Shown here: in pieces, positions 18,232 through 25,728 of the stretch | Layout: each line of letters starts with the position of its first letter | Numbering within the stretch: position 1 is the first letter of the stretch | Origin: a virus | Reading direction: 5' to 3' (one strand) | Length of the DNA stretch: 43,628 nt | Virus record (IMG/VR): IMGVR_UViG_3300025195_000001 | Translations under genes and position numbers: made by a program | Notes under the pieces: model-generated | Told to the model about the DNA's origin: nothing | The model's database searches: none | What the model saw: only the letters and a program-made list of their open reading frames with translations

Positions 18232-18423
18232 GTTATACTTATTCGTTCTAAGTAATATTTTTTGCCTTTGCGCTCAATATGATTTCTTACTCAAACTCTT
18301 AGCGAACGCCCGCAGTACTTGTGTTTAGCTTATGCAACCCTCATCAATGCGGGTTGGTTAATCTCGAAGTTGGCTAACGCCATTTGCAAACGCTTTCAAA
18401 AATACTACAAAGAACTACATATA
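18232..18423. repeat. Intergenic cassette B (mosaic family)
   Basis: It starts with gttatacttattcgttctaagt (19 nt shared with E) and carries gcctttgcgc. It holds a 31-nt hairpin block at 18332..18362 that is also found at 42134..42164, and the hairpin tggc-taac-gcca at 18371..18382. On the minus strand it has TTTG-N22-TATTTTTG, with the -7 box at 18397..18404. Confidence 0.65.
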
Positions 18424-18475
18424 AATCAAATTATGGCTTCGTATCCTGCGGATACAGACGCTCACAAATTAAAAA

Positions 18476-18787
18476 TTATTCAAGTTCTTTAGGTATTTCA
18501 GGAGTTGTTTTGTATTCCCACCATTCAGAACCGTCATATTCTCCTCTTTCAATCCAAGATCCGTCCACAAACCACAATGTGCCAAAAAGTTCTTGACCAC
18601 CATATCCACTATCGTAGTTAAAATCTAAACTATTTATAAATCTATCGAGATCTTCTTTGCTGTGGTTACATTTCAGAAGATAGCTAGTTCTATCATCATC
18701 CCAATCATCGCCTTTATATATTTCGGCACATTTTACTTTTGGGTTATTTTTCAATTGATCTAATAATTCAATCTTTGCATTTGTCAT
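18476..18787 (-). CDS. Hypothetical protein (Trp/Asp/Gly-rich)
   Basis: 103-aa ORF with the C-terminal block YDSGYGGQELFGTLWFVDGSWIERGEYDGSEWWEY. The family was not identified. Confidence 0.5.
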   Translation of the reverse strand: MTNAKIELLDQLKNNPKVKCAEIYKGDDWDDDRTSYLLKCNHSKEDLDRFINSLDFNYDSGYGGQELFGTLWFVDGSWIERGEYDGSEWWEYKTTPEIPKELE

Positions 18788-18851
18788 AATTTTTAATTTT
18801 AAAATCGTTATTTCCTTTTAATTTCTTCTGTTTTTAATTCCCATAACTTAG

Positions 18852-19061
18852 GTTTATACTTTCCGTTGGTTGTAATTTCACAAAGCCTTTGCGCTAATTT
18901 TGAATTAGCAAGTTTACGTTATCACTCTGCTTCAGTTTTTGTACTTGCAACGTTTTAGATCAACCCAAGTTCATTATTTCAACGAGATAGCCTAACGGCT
19001 TATGCTTACGCTATTTTGTAAAACTACCAAGCCCTAAGGGGCAACCAACACTGCATAACAG
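18852..19061. repeat. Intergenic cassette C (mosaic family, close paralogue of D)
   Basis: It aligns with 19324..19528 over about 190 bp, including an identical 42-nt block cgctattttgtaaaactaccaagccctaaggggcaaccaaca. Its ends ttggttg and caaccaa can pair. Confidence 0.85.
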
Positions 19062-19067
19062 TAATAA

Positions 19068-19286
19068 CTACCTTAGTTTTTCTTTAATATATTCTTTTAA
19101 GTCATCAAGGTCAATCTCTGTAAAGTCTTTATCGTAAAAAACTTTAAAATTAAAATCATCTACATTGGTTTGTACTATTAAAACGTGGTAGTCATTTAAT
19201 TTATTTTCTAATACTTTTTGTGTGTTTACAAACTCTTCTTCTGTTTGCATCATTGGTGATTCTACTATAAATATTGGTTTTGCCAT
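19068..19286 (-). CDS. Hypothetical protein
   Basis: 72-aa acidic ORF flanked by cassettes C and D. Confidence 0.45.
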   Translation of the reverse strand: MAKPIFIVESPMMQTEEEFVNTQKVLENKLNDYHVLIVQTNVDDFNFKVFYDKDFTEIDLDDLKEYIKEKLR

Positions 19287-19323
19287 TTTATTTTAATTTT
19301 AAAGTTTATATTCCGTTACTACT

Positions 19324-19528
19324 GTTATACAAATCCGTTGGTTGTAATTTTGCAAAGCCTTTGCCCGCAATTAGATTTCTTACTCAAATGTTATCACTCT
19401 GTTTCAGTTTTTGTACTTGCTTAATCTTAGATCAATCAAAGATCATTATTTCAACGAAGTTGGCTACGCCATAAGCCTGCGCTATTTTGTAAAACTACCA
19501 AGCCCTAAGGGGCAACCAACAATGTATA
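19324..19528. repeat. Intergenic cassette D (mosaic family, close paralogue of C)
   Basis: See cassette C. It also shares gttatacaaatccgtt with F and cgaagttggcta with B. Confidence 0.85.
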
Positions 19529-19580
19529 TAAAAAATAAACAAATAGGGCGCTTACTCGGGCGGAATAAACGCCAAACTAT

Positions 19581-19682
19581 CTACTTTTTAAAGAACTCCT
19601 TTATTAGCCAAATAACTAATAAGTAAAACAAGATTAAGATAGGTATTCCAACAACTATCCATAAAGTGAATTTCATCCACAT
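19581..19682 (-). CDS. Putative 33-aa transmembrane peptide
   Basis: Own translation: MWMKFTLWIVVGIPILILFYLLVIWLIKEFFKK. Its ATG lies 2 nt after the lipoprotein stop. It is below the 60-aa threshold of the ORF track. Confidence 0.4.
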   Translation of the reverse strand: MWMKFTLWIVVGIPILILFYLLVIWLIKEFFKK

Positions 19683-19684
19683 AA

Positions 19685-20086
19685 TTACTTAGCTTCTAAG
19701 ATTGGAAGTCCTGCTTCTGTTGGTATATAAATTCTGTCGCCCTTACCTTCTTTTAAAGCAATAACCATTAAATATTTCAAATATTCATTGTTGCCTTTTA
19801 AGCTTTCCCCTATAATTTCATTTGCTTTAGCTACACCTTTTGCGCGTTCAATTTCGGCTTGTGCTTCAGCTTTAGCAATTTTAATTTTTGCTTCTGCCTG
19901 CAAGGTTGCGCTTTCGTTTTGCGCTTTAGCTTCTTCGATCATTGCTTTTTTAGAACTTTCAGCTTCTAAAAGAATTGCGCGACCTTGGCTTTCTGCGTCT
20001 AACTCGTTTTGTTTTCTGTTAAAGTCATAACAAGAAGTTAAACTCAACACTAATACTGTTAATAATAAAAATTTTACATTTTTCAT
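19685..20086 (-). CDS. Lipoprotein with an SPFH/band-7 C-terminal-like helical region
   Basis: 133 aa with a signal peptide and lipobox (LSLTSC). An Ala/Glu/Lys-rich helix (AEAKIKIAKAEAQAEIERAKGVAKANEII) and YLKYLMVIALKEGKGDRIYIP resemble the C-terminal part of HflC/prohibitin-type proteins. Confidence 0.5.
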   Translation of the reverse strand: MKNVKFLLLTVLVLSLTSCYDFNRKQNELDAESQGRAILLEAESSKKAMIEEAKAQNESATLQAEAKIKIAKAEAQAEIERAKGVAKANEIIGESLKGNNEYLKYLMVIALKEGKGDRIYIPTEAGLPILEAK

Positions 20087-20189
20087 TTTATAAAAATTTA
20101 ATTTTGTGCCTACTCTATTCAGTTTTCAGCTTCCCTGTGTTTCGTAGTTTGCCGGCTACCGCCGTCACGCCCTATTATTTATTACTTTT

Positions 20190-20310
20190 TATATACTTAT
20201 TCGTTCTAAGTCATTTGCATTTCCCAACGCTCAATTAAGATAGTGGGCGTTGCGGTGGGGTACGCAAGCCAACGCTCACAATGCAAACGTCAAAGAACAA
20301 CGTATAACAG
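20190..20310. repeat. Intergenic cassette E (mosaic family)
   Basis: It shares atacttattcgttctaagt and cgctcaat with B. Its ends tatacttattcgttct and agaacaacgtata can pair. Confidence 0.55.
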
Positions 20311-20350
20311 TAATTTGGCTACGTGATTATTTGGTTAGGTTTAGGCTACT

Positions 20351-20563
20351 TTATTTTTCTTCAATTTGATAAGATAAAACCCTATATGGATGTGTTTTTT
20401 TAGATTTCTTTATTGCTTTTTTAGCTGCTATAATGGTTTTAAATTCATCTGCATTTTCTCTTTTCAGAGTTCTGCCAGGATCTCCCGCCCAAGGAGCTAA
20501 GTAAAGCTCTTTTTCATTGTTTCCTATTCTAACTATATACATAATTTTGTTTTTTAATCCCAA
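20351..20563 (-). CDS. Hypothetical protein (basic)
   Basis: 70-aa ORF flanked by cassettes E and F. Confidence 0.45.
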   Translation of the reverse strand: MGLKNKIMYIVRIGNNEKELYLAPWAGDPGRTLKRENADEFKTIIAAKKAIKKSKKTHPYRVLSYQIEEK

Positions 20564-20624
20564 AAAATAAAGTGGGATGGTTAATGTTTATTTTTAAAAT
20601 TCTGTTCTTAATCGCCAAACTACG

Positions 20625-20751
20625 GTTATACAAATCCGTTATATGCAATTGCCAAAAATCCAACAGCTTAAAGATAGAGAGCAATTACGCGTATATCTGG
20701 AGCGCAACCAGCCGCCTAATTTTTTGGCAACAGTCTGCTTCGCCATATAAC
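20625..20751. repeat. Intergenic cassette F (mosaic family)
   Basis: It shares gttatacaaatccgtt with D, and gcttaaagataga and gcgtatatc with A. Its ends gttatatg and catataac can pair. Confidence 0.55.
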
Positions 20752-20828
20752 ACGTGGTATAGTGCATAGCTTTAGGTTCGTGTTTATTTCAAAGTTTTGT
20801 GCTTGTTTGCCCATAATTAAAATATTTT

Positions 20829-21161
20829 TTACCTCGGTATATTATAAACTCTTTCATTCCAATCCGCAAAAACAAGAGGCTTATCATATTCATTTGGTTT
20901 AGACATAACACATCTTTCACATTCCCTCGCACACCATTTATTTAGCCTTTCCGATTTATTAGTAGGTTTAGCTTGTCCGTCTTCGTATGTTCCTGGGTCT
21001 ATTGGCGCTTCCTTTAGTTCGTTATCAGATAAAAAACAGTAGTCATCTTCATCATCTGTTAGTTGTTCTTTTGGTCGTGAGTTATTTCCCCACGCTTTAT
21101 TACATTTTTCATCACAACCAATTTTTGCTTTTTGTCCGAAGAAGGTTATAGATTTTTCCAT
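20829..21161 (-). CDS. Hypothetical Cys-rich protein
   Basis: 110 aa with GCDEKCNKAWG and WCARECERC motifs. Function unknown. Confidence 0.5.
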   Translation of the reverse strand: MEKSITFFGQKAKIGCDEKCNKAWGNNSRPKEQLTDDEDDYCFLSDNELKEAPIDPGTYEDGQAKPTNKSERLNKWCARECERCVMSKPNEYDKPLVFADWNERVYNIPR

Positions 21162-21272
21162 TTATTAAAATATTTTAATTATTAATTCAGTTTTTAATTC
21201 AAAGTTTGTGCACTTCAAGGCTACGCACCATACCACTATCCGTTAGCATTGATTAAGCTACAACTGCGCGAA

Positions 21273-21461
21273 TTAAAATTTTATTCTAGGTTTAGGTTTT
21301 AGTGGTTTTTCTGCTTTTGTTGAGCAATTTTGGCACACGTCTTCCATTTTTGTACAATTTCCATCTTGAGGATTTATAAGTTTTTCGAGAAATAAAGTTT
21401 CGGTACCACATTGATAGCAATACTTTTTATGAAATCTCATCTTGATGATGTATTTGTTCAA
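21273..21461 (-). CDS. Hypothetical zinc-ribbon protein
   Basis: 62 aa with CYQCG ... CQNCS. Confidence 0.45.
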   Translation of the reverse strand: MNKYIIKMRFHKKYCYQCGTETLFLEKLINPQDGNCTKMEDVCQNCSTKAEKPLKPKPRIKF

Positions 21462-21747
21462 ATTTGTGATCGCAACGCTTAATCACTTTGTTTAAAGCTT
21501 CCAGATCATTAAAGTTTAATCGAATACGATCACCGTTTACTAACTCAATACAAAGCCAACCGTTTTCGATGTAAGATTTTTTTAGGTTGGGTAAATTATT
21601 GATGTTTGTTTTTTTTGGCGGCGGTGTTGGAGCTTTATAATCTGAGATTCCTTTTTTGCCTATAAAAGAACTATGAGCCAATCCCACGATGTAACCTAAA
21701 ATTCCAGAACAAAAGAAGATCCAGCCTATACTTAGAAATTCGCCCAT
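21427..21747 (-). CDS. Hypothetical membrane protein
   Basis: 106 aa with an N-terminal TM helix (LSIGWIFFCSGILGYIVGLA). Confidence 0.45.
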   Translation of the reverse strand: MGEFLSIGWIFFCSGILGYIVGLAHSSFIGKKGISDYKAPTPPPKKTNINNLPNLKKSYIENGWLCIELVNGDRIRLNFNDLEALNKVIKRCDHKFEQIHHQDEIS

Positions 21748-21750
21748 AGC

Positions 21751-22122
21751 TTAAAAATTTCGTTTTGCGGTTTCTTTATGAATACTTAAATCGAATATTG
21801 ACTTACCCACCTTTACAGCTTTAGCATTTTTATGGACTAACTCGTAGTAAGTAACTTCATTAATATTGGTGATCTTTCTCACCATTTTGGGCTGAGAACG
21901 TTTTATTAAATTATAAATGAGTGGCTGGTATTGCTTGAGTTCTTTTTCAATTTTAGAAACTTCTAGCAGAAATCGCTCTTCTTGTGTTAATCTTTTCCGC
22001 TGCGGATTGATTAAATGTTTCTTCTTAAAGATCTTGGCATATTTCTCCGGGATCAGTTTGATGTATTTCCCGTCGAGTAATACTTTTGTACGCTCATTTT
22101 GCGTGATAGATAACCGACTCAT
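21751..22122 (-). CDS. Hypothetical protein (basic)
   Basis: 123-aa ORF that overlaps the upstream gene by 4 nt (ATGA). Confidence 0.5.
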   Translation of the reverse strand: MSRLSITQNERTKVLLDGKYIKLIPEKYAKIFKKKHLINPQRKRLTQEERFLLEVSKIEKELKQYQPLIYNLIKRSQPKMVRKITNINEVTYYELVHKNAKAVKVGKSIFDLSIHKETAKRNF

Positions 22123-22448
22123 AGCTGCATATTTTCTTTAAGTTTCTCAAAACGATCGGTGTCGGCTAAAGTTTCACATTTTAAAACTTCGAAACCTCTT
22201 AATTTTAATTCTTCAATTAGCAGATGGGTTTCAAAAATGGTTGTGTCTTTTACTTTTTTAGATTCCTCTTCTACAACATCACAATTTTCGAGTGCATAAT
22301 CTTTAATGGTCTGGTCGTTTAAATGCTCAAGCACTAAATCTTCTAAAAATGGTTGATCTTCTGTAGTGTATTCTTTTTCAGTGGGAATAAATTCTTGTAT
22401 TTCAGAATCCCAAGAGTTTGTTTTAATGGTAATTTTAGTGATACTCAT
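22119..22448 (-). CDS. Hypothetical protein (acidic)
   Basis: 109-aa ORF. No motif. Confidence 0.5.
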   Translation of the reverse strand: MSITKITIKTNSWDSEIQEFIPTEKEYTTEDQPFLEDLVLEHLNDQTIKDYALENCDVVEEESKKVKDTTIFETHLLIEELKLRGFEVLKCETLADTDRFEKLKENMQL

Positions 22449-22585
22449 AGTTCCAGTCTTTTATGTAACAACTTTCCGCAGCTTTGGCATTTATTTGCGA
22501 GGACTTCAACGTTCACCGAGCCGCCAATCACTACGAGAGAGGTTTGCTTATGGCTGCAGAAGAGTTGTTTGAGTTTTAAAATCAT
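22445..22585 (-). CDS. Putative 46-aa protein
   Basis: Own translation: MILKLKQLFCSHKQTSLVVIGGSVNVEVLANKCQSCGKLLHKRLEL. Its stop overlaps the next ATG (ATGA). It is below the track threshold. Confidence 0.4.
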   Translation of the reverse strand: MILKLKQLFCSHKQTSLVVIGGSVNVEVLANKCQSCGKLLHKRLEL

Positions 22586-22587
22586 TT

Positions 22588-23637
22588 TTATTTTTCTTCC
22601 TTATTAAAGTAAACCAGGTAGTAATACATCTGGCGCTCATCGTCCCATCCTTTCTCGATAAACTTTTCGGCACTTTCAGGATTAATAAAGTTGAGCTTGA
22701 TCTGAATGTTGGTGTCTAGGTTTATGAGGCTTTTCAGCTTTTTTTGTACGGTAGTTACGGCGGTGTTAGAAATGGGGAACTCGGTTAGATCTTCAATTTT
22801 GTATTTTGCGCCTTTTTCAGCTTTATAATTGCTGAACTCCGGGACCAACTCGGGGTTTTCGAGTACTTCATTTAAAAATGAATCTTCCTGAAACTCATCG
22901 TGCGATGCAAAATGATTCACTGCGCGGTTCATAAACATAATTTCTTGCTGCTTGTCTTCTGCTGGACGCACGACATCTTTGGCAAAATTCTCACAAAACT
23001 TCAGGTACTTTTTGGTATGAAAATCGCTGTCTTCCATTTCTTCTACACCTAGAAAATCTTCAATCCAATATTTGGTGTCGTAGCGGTTAGAATCGATAAA
23101 TAATACACGAGGTTCTTCTTCCAAAGTAATAATCGCACCTTTGTCTAATTTATTCAGGTTAACACCTTCCTTTAAGATGGCATCCAGACGGGTTTCTTTT
23201 TGCTCAAACTGAATAAACTCTTGCTTCACTTCACTTTTGAAAATGCCAATAGCAAAAACCTTTTCATTATTGATAAGTATATTTTCAATTTTACAGATAT
23301 AGAGTTCTCCGGTTTTTATATGCGGATGATTTCCGCAGCTATATAAGTGATATGCAATAGCTTCGTGTATTTTATTTGGTGGTACAAAATCACCTTCATC
23401 TTCAAAAATTTGTCTTTTACCAAATAATGATTGAATTGTTGATTCTTCAGAAAATTTATGAAACTGTAAGTCTTTCTCACGAAATGGTTTTAAGAAGAAT
23501 TCTTTTAACAGTGGTCTAATCTCGTCGTTAAGCTCGTAAGGTTCTTGGCTTAAAAACAATTGCTCGTTGCGAGCGCGGTTGCCTACCTTATGGATGTAAA
23601 GGTTCTCTAATTGGGCATTGTACAAATTGATGTTCAT
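22588..23637 (-). CDS. Nucleoid-associated protein (NdpA/YejK-like, NA37 family)
   Basis: 349 aa. The N-terminal LENLYIHKVGNR block is typical of Bacteroidetes members of this family, and the size fits. Confidence 0.55.
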   Translation of the reverse strand: MNINLYNAQLENLYIHKVGNRARNEQLFLSQEPYELNDEIRPLLKEFFLKPFREKDLQFHKFSEESTIQSLFGKRQIFEDEGDFVPPNKIHEAIAYHLYSCGNHPHIKTGELYICKIENILINNEKVFAIGIFKSEVKQEFIQFEQKETRLDAILKEGVNLNKLDKGAIITLEEEPRVLFIDSNRYDTKYWIEDFLGVEEMEDSDFHTKKYLKFCENFAKDVVRPAEDKQQEIMFMNRAVNHFASHDEFQEDSFLNEVLENPELVPEFSNYKAEKGAKYKIEDLTEFPISNTAVTTVQKKLKSLINLDTNIQIKLNFINPESAEKFIEKGWDDERQMYYYLVYFNKEEK

Positions 23638-23654
23638 AGTAAATAGTATATAAT

Positions 23655-23665
23655 TTAAGCGTTAA
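23655..23665 (-). promoter_or_regulatory. TTAACGCTTAA motif (minus-strand reading), copy 1
   Basis: The plus strand reads ttaagcgttaa, 18 nt upstream of the NAP ATG at 23637. It includes the stop of the 53-aa ORF. Confidence 0.4.
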
Positions 23666-23816
23666 TAATGTTGTCTAATTCATCTTCGATATCTTCATAA
23701 AACGGAGAGAATGAAATTGTTTTCCAGTACTTAATAAATAGAAACGATCTTTGAACTTGAAGGTTCCAGATCGGTCCTTGAAGACCAATTCTGTATTTTG
23801 ATTTTTTATTTTTCAT
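23655..23816 (-). CDS. Putative 53-aa protein
   Basis: Own translation: MKNKKSKYRIGLQGPIWNLQVQRSFLFIKYWKTISFSPFYEDIEDELDNIINA. It fills the gap between the ParB-like and NAP genes. Confidence 0.4.
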   Translation of the reverse strand: MKNKKSKYRIGLQGPIWNLQVQRSFLFIKYWKTISFSPFYEDIEDELDNIINA

Positions 23817-23824
23817 ATTCAAGT

Positions 23825-24559
23825 TTAGAAAATTACTTTTCTGTTCGTGTTTTTATGGTTGTAAACTCTCTCGATATTAAAGATGTAATCTTTGGTAGAT
23901 CCTTGCCGATCCATTAACATTGGTGCTTGTTTGATTTTTTCCTTTAAAACATCAAAATCACAAAGCCCTTTTTTCTTAATTTCCTGTGTTGCGGAAATTA
24001 AATTTCTATCTTTAAAAAAAACATAACGATCAAATAATGAGTGGTTAAGCTTTAAAAGCTCGATGGTTTCATCATAATAGTTTATTTTAAAATCTCCGGA
24101 TCTAAATTCTTCACCAATATTTTTGCTTCCTCTTACTTTTCCTGAAGCTAATAACTCTGTTGTGGTAGAAATACCTGTATGAAATTCTTTCATTACTTTG
24201 TGAAGCGTTTCATAATCTTCAATACCAAGTTTTTCGTAACATCTTAAAAAATCCATTTGTGTCCATTTATCTTGGCGACTATTTAGTGTTGCTATTTGTT
24301 TTAAATCTAACTCTTCACTAATTACATAGTAAACAGGATTTTCTGAAATTACAGAAGCTTCAAAGCGGTGTTGACCATCAATAATATTTAATTTTTCATT
24401 TTTTGAATACACTATAATCGGGCATAATGGAAGAAGGTTTAATCCATTTTTTATATCCTGAACTATCTTTTGGATTTTCTTTTTATTCAGGTTTCTATTA
24501 CCATTAATGTTTTCAAAATCATCGTAGTTTGTTGAACTTTTAATCTGTAAATTTTCCAT
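23825..24559 (-). CDS. ParB N-terminal-domain-like protein (DGQHR motif)
   Basis: 244 aa with IIDGQHRFEA preceded by a beta-strand-like IIVY. This pattern occurs in ParB/sulfiredoxin-fold and DndB-like DGQHR proteins. Confidence 0.6.
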   Translation of the reverse strand: MENLQIKSSTNYDDFENINGNRNLNKKKIQKIVQDIKNGLNLLPLCPIIVYSKNEKLNIIDGQHRFEASVISENPVYYVISEELDLKQIATLNSRQDKWTQMDFLRCYEKLGIEDYETLHKVMKEFHTGISTTTELLASGKVRGSKNIGEEFRSGDFKINYYDETIELLKLNHSLFDRYVFFKDRNLISATQEIKKKGLCDFDVLKEKIKQAPMLMDRQGSTKDYIFNIERVYNHKNTNRKVIF

Positions 24560-24570
24560 AGTTATAAATA

Positions 24571-24581
24571 TTAAGCGTTAA
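24571..24581 (-). promoter_or_regulatory. TTAACGCTTAA motif, copy 2
   Basis: The plus strand reads ttaagcgttaa, 12 nt upstream of the ATG at 24559. It includes the stop of the 132-aa gene. Confidence 0.4.
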
Positions 24582-24969
24582 AATTTAGTTTTGAATGGAT
24601 ACTCAGCTCTTTTTTATCTGAAGTATTGGGGAGTTTTGAGAATAGCTCCATTTTCATCTGGCCAAGGCGTGAACTATCTAACGGATTTGAAACGTAGTTT
24701 TCAAAATTTTGAATTGCATCGAAAACAATGAAAGCACTCGATATTTCAAATTTTATCGTGCTGTGCATCGGCGGATCTCGTCGCATCAACTTTTTTGTTA
24801 ACTCAAAGTGTTGCAAATTCGCCAAGTTGAGATGGATGTGTTGCTGACTTAAGTTATCGCGATCGGTAATTTCGCTTAGAATGGTGATGTACTTTTCAAT
24901 AGCCTGGTTAAGCAACAAGATCTTATCTGTCGTTAACTCGGTGAGCGATATTTTTTCAAGTTTTATCAT
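24571..24969 (-). CDS. Hypothetical protein
   Basis: 132-aa ORF. No motif. Confidence 0.5.
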   Translation of the reverse strand: MIKLEKISLTELTTDKILLLNQAIEKYITILSEITDRDNLSQQHIHLNLANLQHFELTKKLMRRDPPMHSTIKFEISSAFIVFDAIQNFENYVSNPLDSSRLGQMKMELFSKLPNTSDKKELSIHSKLNFNA

Positions 24970-25274
24970 AATTGTACTTTGTGTATGTAGTTAGATCTGT
25001 TGCCGGTTAAGTAAAACAGCAGCACGTTTGCCGCTTGGCCATATTCGGGATGTAGTCTTACTTTTTCTTCCATTTTTTTACAAATGGTCATCATATCTTT
25101 GCGGTTGTCTTTTAGAAAGTTGTACCAAACCGGGTTGTATTTATTGCCGTTAGCTGCGGTAAGCTTTAAGTTTTCGTGACCGTTTTTTAAGCAAATGATC
25201 ATTCGTATTTTGCTGCAGTTAGGGCAGTACACTTTTTTACTTCTTCCGCAGGTGCAGTTCTTAGCATTACTCAT
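24966..25274 (-). CDS. Hypothetical Cys-rich (zinc-finger-like) protein
   Basis: 102 aa with CTCG ... CPNC near the N-terminus. Confidence 0.5.
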   Translation of the reverse strand: MSNAKNCTCGRSKKVYCPNCSKIRMIICLKNGHENLKLTAANGNKYNPVWYNFLKDNRKDMMTICKKMEEKVRLHPEYGQAANVLLFYLTGNRSNYIHKVQL

Positions 25275-25464
25275 AAGGGAAGATCAATTGTTGGTTAATA
25301 CCTTCTCTTACTCGAATTTTATGGTCCTCGACCAATTGCGATAAATGCTGAAAGGTTTCTTTAATCGAAAAGCCCGAAGCCTTCGCCAATTTTACCAAGC
25401 TAATGCCACATCGATTTCCAGTCCGTTCGGCATTTTGTTGAATGAGTTTTAATAGTGTTTCCAT
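25267..25464 (-). CDS. Small putative DNA-binding (winged-helix-like) protein
   Basis: 65 aa. ISLVKLAKASGFSIKETFQHLSQL resembles a helix-turn-helix. Confidence 0.4.
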   Translation of the reverse strand: METLLKLIQQNAERTGNRCGISLVKLAKASGFSIKETFQHLSQLVEDHKIRVREGINQQLIFPYE

Positions 25465-25466
25465 AA

Positions 25467-25476
25467 TTAAGCGTTA
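25467..25476 (-). promoter_or_regulatory. TAACGCTTAA motif, copy 3 (non-coding context)
   Basis: The plus strand reads ttaagcgtta, 3 nt upstream of the ATG at 25464. Here it is not part of any ORF end. Confidence 0.4.
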
Positions 25477-25480
25477 TTTT

Positions 25481-25726
25481 TTATTTACTTTTTAGATTTT
25501 CTCGAAGCTCTTTCATTCGTCTTGCCACACATTTCTGACAACAGAGAAACTCACCATTGTAAATTTGAACCGGTTTTTCAAACCTTTCTCCGCAGTTCAT
25601 ACAGTGGTTGATATAAATTTTATCAGGCTTCTGCTGCTTTTCCTTTTTTTCTTCATACTTATCAATTTCTTTAAAACCCCATTTGATGAAGAGAAATCCT
25701 AGAAATAAGAGTGCGATTACTTCCAT
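25481..25726 (-). CDS. Membrane-anchored zinc-ribbon protein
   Basis: 81 aa with an N-terminal TM helix, then CMNCGERF ... CCQKC. Confidence 0.45.
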   Translation of the reverse strand: MEVIALLFLGFLFIKWGFKEIDKYEEKKEKQQKPDKIYINHCMNCGERFEKPVQIYNGEFLCCQKCVARRMKELRENLKSK

Positions 25727-25728
25727 AA

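Noticed and set aside
17695-21272. CRISPR array or other short-repeat array
   Set aside because: The repeats are roughly 110-210 bp, diverged and mosaic, and are separated by protein-coding genes rather than uniform spacers. No cas genes are present.
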